DNA from: the human T2T-CHM13v2.0 reference genome, Homo sapiens
DNA length: 64,000 bases
NCBI RefSeq assembly: GCF_009914755.1
Contig: NC_060937.1
Reading direction: 5' to 3' (one strand)
The stretch's first letter is position 1. Each line of letters starts with the position of its first letter. The notes below the pieces were generated by a model. That model made no database searches, had not been told where the DNA came from, and was given only the letters and a program-made list of their open reading frames with translations. The position numbers and the translations under genes were made by a program. This document shows, piece after piece, positions 53,722-64,000 of the stretch.

Positions 53722-55104
53722 CTAAGGAAGAGAGAAATATATTTAAATTTATACTAAAATATGCCCATTTCTTTTTTCCTACTTATCCTCTCTTTTGCCT
53801 TTTCTGCTTAGGGGCAAGAGCTAGCCCTGACTTTTCAAACAATGGAAGTGTGATTAATAATTAGGGAAAAAGAAAGATTTCTGATTGCTAATCTGGCACT
53901 GTCAGCAACAGATCCACATCCTGGAAAAACAAAACAAAACATTATTCCTCCATTTCCTCATCTTAAGGTCGGTGATAGAAATGCTGATCTACTTGAAAAG
54001 ACCTTAGAGAAGTGTGAAAGTGAATTTAAAATAGAAAATATTCTTTGGGAATTAGAGATACTTAAATCTGCAGAAAATTTCAAAATTGGAAGTACCTCCA
54101 TTTGCTACCTGAGATAATTTAAACACTAAGAATGAATCAGAATACAGCATCTTAAAATAGTCATATAATTTACGAATTTGATGAGAGTTGATGCTAAAGA
54201 TTTTGTAAAGCCCAGTAAAGTTCCAAAAGCAAGCAAATAATCACCCTTCCTTTCTCTCATCTATATAGTGCCAATCACAGTGATCCACACATACTATAAG
54301 GTCAATTCATACTTGTTCATAAGTAAGAGGTTTTAGAAGTGTTCAACATACAAACTACAGCTTCAAAAATGGGCTCTAAAATAAATATAAGTAAATGTTT
54401 ATTAAAAGTGACTCCTTAGCAGGAAATCTTTTAATGAAAATAATCAGACTATTAAGTAGATGTAGATCACACACACAAAAAAGAAAAACATGAACCAAGA
54501 GACAACAAATTGTAAAATGACGAATTCTAAATACATATTTCATAAAGTTAGGTCAAAGCCTTTTGAAATTAAAGATTTTGTAATGGCTTTTTTTCTGTGT
54601 TAATAAGTTTTTGTAACTAGGAATAGGTAAAAATGCTGAAAGACCTTCATAATTGTAGGTAAAATGACCGAGGCCTAATCTAACACAGCCCATTGACTTT
54701 TATCTAAGTCCTTGTATTATTTTTAAATTCACAGTGCAAGCATCCAAGGCCAAAGAATAAGTAGTCACATAAAAATAACTGAAGCAGGCCTTCAAAAGTT
54801 AAAAAGAGCAGTTATACATGTTACTGAACACTTGTTTTGCAGATGTTCTTAAAATATTCTCTAATGTGTATACATACACATTATGCCTCACTAGAAGTTG
54901 TATGAATAGTGCAAGTTTAACCAACCCCATTTCTATTCACCTGGCAGATCATGACTTGTCTCAGCTATGCCTTCCTCAGGATTTAAGTAAATATCAAAAA
55001 CTTATATGTATTTTTGATATTTTCTTAAATCCTGAGAAAGGCATATTTGGGTACTATAGAAACAGCAGTGTTTTGGGAGTTTTCATGGAGTGATGACCTG
55101 CACA

Positions 55105-55290
55105 TGATAGTGGGAAGAGAGAACTGGAAATTCGGGCTCAAGACCTGGCCTCTCCAAGCATGTGACTTTGGACAAGTCCCTCAGATTTCTGGGTGGTAGT
55201 TTATTTATCTATAAAACAAAACCTCATTAGGTTTTTCTGAAGATCAAATTAGAAGATAGAGATCAAAGTGATCTCAAATACAAACCTGCT
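55105..55290 (+). mobile_element. MIR SINE (degenerate)
   Basis: tgtgactttggacaagtccctca ... tttatctataaaa ... tgaagatcaaat. Confidence 0.6.
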
Positions 55291-56059
55291 ATGTGAGTGA
55301 AAATGACCTGAGGCTACATACCCTAATCGTGCAGTAAGCCTGAAAGAAAAATTCAAAAACAAAATTACTAGAAATCGGTAAGCAGGTCTTATATTGAACA
55401 GTTACCAGTGGACACCACGTTGGGTCCATGTCAATGTGAGAATGCCCTAACACTCCCCAGTGAGACACACAGCATGTAACTGAGCTGGCAAAGCTAGCCT
55501 CTGTCAGAATTCTGTGCTAACTGAAGATATGCAATTGTCTGATTATTTATAAGTTTCTATACTAAGCTAATAACTAAAAGCAAAACAAAGATACAGAGAG
55601 CAGTTTACATTTCAACAAAAACTTTAAAAATATATTAAATTAGAAGAGGGAGCAGTTTTAAAGAACATAGCAACATGGAGTGAGTTTGTTAAAAGAGAAA
55701 ATAAACACTTTTTAAAAATATCTTCTTAGATAAAGCACCCTGAAAATGTTTAAAAGCATAAGAAAGTTCTCCAGTTACACTGAGAAGGCGTTGCTGGTTT
55801 GGTTCAAGCAACAATGATCAGAAGAAATATGTGTTTAATCTGAGCTGTAAATGTGAGGCTCCTCTGCTGGATAATCAGATTTAAAGACTGGAATGAGAAT
55901 CTTAGAGAAGGATGTGAGACTCCAGTAACAGATGATACTGTGCTAACAGGAAAGCAACAGCTAAAGGAAGGAGAAGGAGCTGCCACCAAATCCAAGATCA
56001 CACACCACAGTCATTTAGAGTCTGTGACACTATTCAGGAATTCAGGAAAGGCCCAGATG

Positions 56060-56115
56060 GATTTCCTTATGCTAATAAATTTCCATTGATTTCCTTATGC
56101 TAATACATTTCCATT
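56060..56115. repeat. 28-bp tandem duplication (one mismatch)
   Basis: GATTTCCTTATGCTAATA(A/C)ATTTCCATT occurs twice. Confidence 0.92.
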
Positions 56116-56472
56116 TTATCATGAAAAGAAATTTCCATTAAATCTTTTTAAATCTATGTATTAACTATTTTTACAGTAATCATAACACTGAACTTCTCTC
56201 TGCCACAAGAGATGTGGTTCCCGCCTTAATGCAGTTAAATTAAAGTTGGTTGTATTTTCTGATTTTGTAAAAAATAGCTTTTCAATTCATGGGCTAATTA
56301 TCATCGATTATTATAAATTAACAAACGTGATTGTTCTGAATGGGAAGAATACATAGTTTTGATTTGGTCAAGTAGCTCTAGATATCCAGTGTTCAATCTC
56401 TTCCTTAGTGTGACTGAGAGTTAAGAGATAAGTTATAATCTTGTTAAAATAATCATTTTTAGAGTGCATTCA

Positions 56473-56751
<279 letters not shown>

Positions 56752-57425
56752 TTACATACACTAAGCCACCCCACACCCCGAAGTCTTTTGGTATAACTTC
56801 TACTGCAACAATGAAATAAAAGTGAATTTATCTTAAACAAACAAACAAACAAATAAAAAAACACAAGGTATTTTTGAGCAAAACAGCCCAAAATTTGCTT
56901 TGGAAGCTTTGCATTACTTCCTATAGGTGAACTTGAACAAGGATGGCATGATTGCAAAGCTCTTAGCGGTGGTACTAGAAATTGCAAACATCATGATTTT
57001 CTGGTTGGTTATCATACAACCAGTTTTTCTTGTTTGTTTGTTTGTTTTTTCAGTTTGTTCAAGCCCTAAGGATTCTATGATAAGTCTGATTCTTCACTTG
57101 AAATGTAATACTCTGGGTGTCTAAGACACTCCAACAAATAGCAAGATGCTGAAGCAGCATCTGGCTGAATTTTGTTGTGGCATTTAATGAAGGCCAAAAA
57201 CTAATCTTTGTTTTTAAGTAGAGAGAGAGATAAAGAAAATGACAGTTTTTTTAAAAGTAAGGAAATAAGCATGAAATTATGTTTGGATCCAACTAATACT
57301 AAAATGTCAGAATATGGTAATTTCTTTCCTGAAAGATTTTAGTATTTTCAGAAAGTTGGAGGATGAAATAATATCTAAGTAAGCATACTAGATTATTTTT
57401 AAGATACTGAAGAGTTCCTGTGTAA

Positions 57426-57754
<329 letters not shown>

Positions 57755-59639
57755 CTGTATTTTTAAATGATCATACTGGCCATTATTCTTCAAAGCATAA
57801 CAATACATTTCCTCTAATAAGATTTATTATTTTAAAAATCTGTGAAGTTAATTCTACTTTGCCATTCGCTTCCATTATGAAATTAGAATATTTCCACTTA
57901 AAATGGTTCCCTGGGCACTACTGAAAACTGACAATGTGGTACCTGTTCCCTGGGTGACTGGGCCTGCAGTGTGTCAGCTATAAAAGTGTTCCTCCACGAG
58001 ACTCTATATTGGGGGATTCTACAAATTTGCCTCTTATTGTGGGAGTTTTTTCATTGGCTAAGAGTAAATTCCAGTTCTGATACTACTTAACTTCAGTCTG
58101 AAAATGACCTCATCTCCATCCTTCACATTACTAGAGCTGGTTGTTACCTCCTCTAGGCTTCCTTTAAGATCAATATGTGGCATAGTCAAAAGCATCCTTA
58201 AGTGAAGGATATCCGTAATATATTTCATTTTTCCAGAGGATAAACTTTCTGATTAAAAACTCTGGCAATTAAATTTCATTATTGTGAGTTATGGCAAAAT
58301 CTAGGAAAAACTCAAATATGTATTGAAACCTCTGCAACTGAACTGAATTAAATTACATGAAATATTGTTTACAGAATAGAATATCGTAAAGTACCTTCTG
58401 GATATTACATTTTATGAGGCAACTCAGATACGCACAGCAACATTTCATAATCTACCTGGAAGTCACTGGCTTAGGATGATTTTCATTGAGCTATTAAAGG
58501 CAAGAAAAAATATTTCCCAAAGGTGCTTATGGGTCATTCTTTTGCAGAAGTCTTCCGTAACACAATAGAACATAAAAGTAAGCTTATAGAAAATGAACTT
58601 GAATGTGTATGTCAGACCTGTGGACATGTCACCTTCTCAAATCCAAAGCAACAGAAAAACAACATTAAGGAAAAAAAAAATGAGAGATCTAAACTTTTTG
58701 AAATTGAAAAGTAGAGACTCTTTTACTTATTTCTTATTATAATAAGCATGGCTTATTATAATTTACAAAAATACAGGGTACAAAAATAGATGGCAAAGGA
58801 TAAAAACAAAACAAAGAATATATGGAAAACACATGGAGGGTGCTTAAATAGTAAGCCAAGAAATGCAAGTTAAAGCAGATTTAAGATGTACTCTTGTACC
58901 TATTATAATTGCAACAAAAGAATAATCAAAATAAAGTGGTATTGAGGTTGCAGCAACAAAATAATACAAGGTGCTAAAATATATGACAAAGGATAAACAC
59001 ACAATAAAGTATAAATAGAAAACACCATTACAGACATTAAAATGGTAATAATCATTTTAAAAAGTAACATGGAAAACTACTTGGAGCCACGAAAATGTTT
59101 ATACCCATAATCTCATTGCTAAAAAATTTTGCATAATAACAAAACAACAAATAACAAAACTGTGACAAGCACACACAACATTAACAATGAAACCTAAAAA
59201 TTAAAAACAACCTCCTAAATCCTGAGTCATAGGTGCAAGACCTAACTTAGCCACTCTGGGAAGGGAAAGAAACCTAAGTCAGGAGACTATCTTCAAATAG
59301 GTTAGAAAGCAAGATGTGTCTATGAAAAGATTCCACCACAAGGCAGTAAGTAATAATTGCTAAGTAAGTGGTCTAGGCCATCCTAATTCAGAGGAGAAAG
59401 AAGTCACTTCCCACTTCCCACTGGGCTATCTATGAAAGGGAAATGGAATTCACACTGGCCTTGGAAGCAAGGGTAAGATTACCATTGACAAAAAAGAGAG
59501 GGGAGAACATTCCAGATAAAAATAAAATAATAATATGCTCTGTTGCACAGTACAGAAAGGGATATTCTCTGATATATTAAAACATTTTCTCAAAAAAAAA
59601 TGAAATAAAAATGATTCCATAGACAGACGAGTTAGATAA

Positions 59640-60870
59640 AACCACATCAGGCAACAAGGTCAGAGTTTTACACATGATCAGCCCTGGGTGATAAACAGGT
59701 TGCACTGGCTGCAGTGTGAATGAGGGGCTGAAGTGAACATGGGGAGAGAGAAGTCCAGATATCACCTAGAAAGTCATCACAGCCGACCAGGAGAGGAGGT
59801 GAACTGAATGTTACGTATCCACACTAGGGACAGAGGAGTGGATGTTACGAGGAGTACTTAGCAGATACAACCAGCCAGAATTGGCAATTGACTGGATGTG
59901 GGTTCCGAGGGAATATGAGGCAACAAAAACACTGAAGTGATGACACTGAAAATTCTCTTTGGGCCTACTTCCCATACACCACAATAGATACAATTAGAAG
60001 GGGAACAGGTTTGGATTAGGCAGTAAAGAAGGAAATTAAGTTGACTTTGCACATATTAAATTTGAAGTTCCTAGAAGCCAATCAGTTGGAGATTTCCAGC
60101 AAGCAGAAATAGGAATGGAGAAGAGAAAACAAGTTGGAGAAATGTCTTAGCAGAATCAACCGAATTTGATGATAGCCTGGATTTGAGAGATTAAGAGAGA
60201 GAGACGTTAAGGGTGATGTTAAGTTATGTGATGTCTTAGTCCTTTGGCTGCTATAACAAAAGACCATCAACTGGAGGCTTATAAACAACACACATTTATT
60301 TCTCACTGTTCTGGAGGCTGGGAAGTCCAAGATCAAGACACCAGCAGATTTAGTGTTTGGTGAGGGCCCCACTTCCTCACAGATGGTGCCTTTTCATTGT
60401 ATCTTCACAGGGTTGAAGGGGCAAGGCAATTTTTGGAGGCCTCTTTCATGAAGCAATGAATCCCATTCATAAAAGCTCCAGCCTCATAAACTAATCACCT
60501 ACCAAAAGCCCTACCCCTTAATACCTTTACATGTGAATTTTGAGGGGGTCCCAAACATTAGGACCCTAGCAGGTGGTAACACTATTTAATAAGAGCTGGA
60601 ACATGAGAGAAAGAATGAATTCTGGAAAATGGAAAAGAATGAGTCCACAATTATACATGTTGAGCTTTAAAGAACTAAGGAAGAGAAACAGTTCTATATA
60701 TCCAGGTAGTTGGAGTGCAGAAGAAAGATCTGATTTAGGAGTAATAGGCCTTAAAAGAGTGGTTAAAATAATGTCAGTTGATGAGATCACAGTGGATGAT
60801 CCAAAGACAGGAAAATGGAGGACAGTAATGTTTAGAAATTTGGAAAGTAAAGAGGGAAAAGAAAATCACC
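59640..60870 (-). mobile_element. L2 fragment interrupted by an LTR
   Basis: attggcaattgactggatgtggg; ttaagttgactttgcacatattaaatttgaagt; resumes after 60570 (acatgttgagcttta). Confidence 0.7.
60232..60570 (-). mobile_element. MLT1A/MST-type solo LTR
   Basis: tgtcttagt..tttggctgctataacaaaa ... ttctggaggctgggaagtccaagatcaag ... ctaatcacct ... aaacatt. Confidence 0.9.
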
Positions 60871-60885
60871 ATTAGAACACTATAG

Positions 60886-61525
60886 TAATAACTGCTATAG
60901 GCAAGATCCACCAATAAATGCCAAAATTCATGGGCAAAAGCTTAAGGAGAAACAAGATATTTACACAGCATCAAAGTTTCTTCCCGAAATATTAGTTACA
61001 AAGGGGAAAATTATAACTTTAGAGTGAATATACCTGACAGACACTGCCTTCACCAAATGATCACAGGTAACCAACAAGACATATCAACATCATGTACCCC
61101 CTGAAATGATGTACTGAGGACAAAACATGACTTCTGTGCATAACATCAATCTAATCATCAGACAAACCCAAACTGTGGGACATTCTACAAGATAACTGAC
61201 TGGTATTCTTCAAACTGTCAAGGTCATTAAAGATAAGAAAAGACTGAAGAACCGTCATAGCTTCAAGGAGAAGCAGACACAACAACTAAATGCAATGTGT
61301 GATTCTGGAATGAAAAAAGGATATCAGTGGGGAAACGAAGGAAAGCCAAATGAGGCCTGTAGTTCAACTACTGTATTGTACCAAAGTTAACTTCTTAGTT
61401 TTGTTCATTGCACCATGATTGTGTGTGCTGTTCCATTACAGGAAGATGGGTGAAGGGTAAACAGGAACTTCCTATCTCTGTGATACTTGTATAAGTCCAA
61501 ATTAATCTGAAAATATAATGTTAAA
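60886..61525 (+). mobile_element. L1MC3/4-type 3' end
   Basis: gacaaacccaaactgtgggacattctacaa.ataactgac ... caactaaatgcaatgtg ... aattaatctgaaaata. Confidence 0.82.
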
Positions 61526-61539
61526 GAAATGAAGCAAAT

Positions 61540-62790
61540 AGCCTGGGGGAAGAAAAGGTTAAACTGAATCCCTGTCTCACATATTATAACAATATGACTT
61601 CCATTAAAATATTTTTTAAGTGAAAACATAAACATACCACAAGAAAATGAGGAAAAATGGCTTTATGATCTCAGTGTACAAAGGACCCAAGAGGCATGAA
61701 AATCAAGCTATAAATAAAGAATAACACATTTGATTATATAATTGTTTTGTACATCTACACGGCAAAAAACACAATAAATGAAGTCACTAAAGAGAAATCT
61801 GGAAAAAATAGAGTCATGTGCCACAATATTTGGTTATAAGATTATAACACCATATTTTTATTGTACCTTTTCTATGTCTAGAGATGTTTAGATACACAAA
61901 TACCATTGTGTTATAATTGTCTACAGTATTTAGTACAGTAACAAGCTGTACAGGTTTGTAGCCTAGGAACAATAGGCTATACCATATAGCCTAGGTGTGG
62001 AGGAGGCTACACCATCTATGTTTGTGTAAGTACACTCTATGATGTTCCCACAATGGCAAAATTGCCTAACAACACATTTCTCAGAACATATCCACACTAT
62101 TAAATGACACATGACTGCCCTCTCAATCATTATTACAAAGAGTTAATATATTTAAAAGAAAAAAAATTCTACAAGTTAATAAAAACCCTAACCTGATAGG
62201 AAAATGATCATAAATGATGGAGAGGCAATGCACAGAAAATGAAATACAAATGCCCTTTAAACACATGAAAAGATGAAAATTATGTGAAAATTATATGAAA
62301 AACTGTATGAGAAGACATACAGTTTTCTTTTCTTAATGGGTTAGTTAATGGGAAACATCTGATTTCAAAACATCTTGTTGAGGATAGAGAAACGGCCACT
62401 TTCATACATAAGTGGTTGGAGTGTAAACTGAATCCACTTTTATGAAGGGGAATTTTGCAAATAGTGCTTAAAACTTTAATGCTTGTACCTCTCTACCCAA
62501 CAATATTACTTCTAGGAATTTATCCTAAAGATATTCTCCTACATGACTGGAAAACATCTATCCAAGGATAGTCATCACACAACTGTCTGTAATAACAAAT
62601 AATTGAACACAACCTAAAAGCATATTGATAAAAGACTGGTTAAATTAATGATGGTAACTTTGTATAAAGGAGTACTATGAAGTCAGTAAAAGAACACAGT
62701 AGTTTTGGATGTACCAGTATGGAAAGGTCTTCAGGATATATTGTTAAGTACACAAAGCAAGGTGCAGAACTGTTGGCATAAAAAGTTACC
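61540..62790 (+). mobile_element. Highly degenerate L1ME ORF2 remnant, interrupted by Tigger3
   Basis: aaacacatgaaaagatg; gttggagtgtaaactg; ttctaggaatttatcctaaaga; aaattaatgatggta..gtactatg. Confidence 0.65.
61811..62117. mobile_element. Tigger3a/MER7-type DNA transposon
   Basis: TIR cores gagtcatgtg ... cacatgactg; tgtacaggtttgtagcctagg.acaataggctataccatatagcctagg. Confidence 0.9.
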
Positions 62791-62804
62791 TTCTGGGCAA
62801 ATTA

Positions 62805-63273
62805 CAGTACTGCCCCACTTTATCCATGGTTTCAGTTACCTGCAGTCAACTGAGGTCCAAAAATATTACATGAAAAAATCCAGAAAGAGACAATTCAGGA
62901 GTTTTAAACTGCATGCAGTTCTGAGTAGTGTGATGAACTCTCACGCCATCTTGCTTCTTCCATCTCTATCACAAGAAGGGCAAGTACAGTACAAAAGGAT
63001 GTTTTGAGAGAGACGCCACATTCACATAACTTTTATTATAGTATATTGTTATAATTGTTCCATTGTATTTGTTATTGTTGTTAATTTCTTGCCATGCCTA
63101 ATTTATAAATTAAACTTTATCATATACCTTGCATCATATACATACCTTTATCATAGGTATGTATTCACAGGAAAAAAAGCACAGTATACACAGGGTTCAG
63201 TACTATTTGCAGTTTCAGGCAACCACTGGGTGTCATAGAACGTATTTCCTTCCAGGATAAGGGGGCATTGCTG
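62805..63273. mobile_element. MER44/Tigger7-type DNA transposon
   Basis: TA-cagtac..ccc..ttatcc ... ggataagggggc.ttgctg-TA; tttcagttacctgcagtcaactgaggtccaaaaatatta. Confidence 0.9.
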
Positions 63274-63329
63274 TATATGTGTCCTTCACATGCACTGGTA
63301 TCTCTGAGAGGACCCTCAAGAAACTAGTA

Positions 63330-63488
63330 GGCTGGGCACAGTGCCTCACGCCTGAAATCCCAGCATTTTGGGAGGCTGAGGTGGGTGGATGGCTTGAGCC
63401 CAGGAGTTTGAGACCAGCCTGGGAAACATGGCAAAACCCTGTTTTTTGTTTTTGCTTTTGTTTTTAAAGAAAGAAAAAAGAAAAGAAA
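63330..63488 (+). mobile_element. FLAM_C or AluJ left monomer
   Basis: Monomer with cttgagcccaggagtttgag; TSD AAGAAACTAGTA at 63318-63329 and 63489-63500. Confidence 0.9.
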
Positions 63489-64000
63489 AAGAAACTAGTA
63501 AAGTGGTCCCCTCTGAGGAATTTTAGGAAGAGCAAATTTTATATCTATTCAAAAATTAATTTTAAAAAATTCATTATAGCAAGGAGAGGCATAGAGAAAG
63601 CCAGTGAAATAGGGAAATAAAGTAGAGGATGCTCTATTAGGGAATAGGAAAAGATGGGTAACCCAGAGGCTGTGGTAGGAAAGAGATTCCCTAACTGTGG
63701 GGTGAAGCATGGGTTTAATCCTGAGAGGGGGATTATGATAGAAACTTGGAAAAAGCCCTTATGCAAACTGCAGCTCCAGAGTCAGGCAACGTCCATACAG
63801 GGTTAGTGAAAAGCCAAGGCATACATGAGAACCAAAGAAGAAGAGGGACTCATCTCTAATAGCGCAGATCTGATGAACAAATTCACTTACTTGTATCCAG
63901 AAGATTACATATCTACAGAGTTTTTATCTTAATGTTTAAAGAAAATGTTCTGGCCCTCTCACATGTACATTTTCATAAGATGTTAAAAGAAGGACAAATC

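Overview
AT-rich mammalian genomic DNA, almost certainly human judging by the AluYa-lineage and young L1PA copies. The window lies inside the large introns of DCLK1 (doublecortin-like kinase 1), which is transcribed on the minus strand. There is one real coding exon, 53375-53721 (347 nt, AG/GT bounded), encoding the end of the first DCX domain, the linker and most of the second. The rest is intron filled with interspersed repeats: about 18 Alu/FLAM/FRAM copies, three L1PA fragments, old L1M, L2, MIR, CR1, MLT/MST LTRs, and MER5, MER20, MER44, Tigger2 and Tigger3 DNA transposons. There is also a ~205-bp old mitochondrial insertion (ND1 end, tRNA-Ile, tRNA-Gln, start of tRNA-Met). Nearly all ORFs in the supplied track are repeat-derived or chance ORFs. 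I found no convincing new multi-gene system. The best leads are the NUMT with intact tRNA look-alikes, a 70-bp palindrome, a tandem STAT (GAS) site cluster, RFX X-boxes, a doubly deleted AluYh3-type element, a Ya5-lineage Alu, a twin-primed L1, and possible intronic polyadenylation or circularisation around the DCLK1 exon. Repeat subfamily calls come from recalled consensus sequences, and boundaries of old repeats are approximate.
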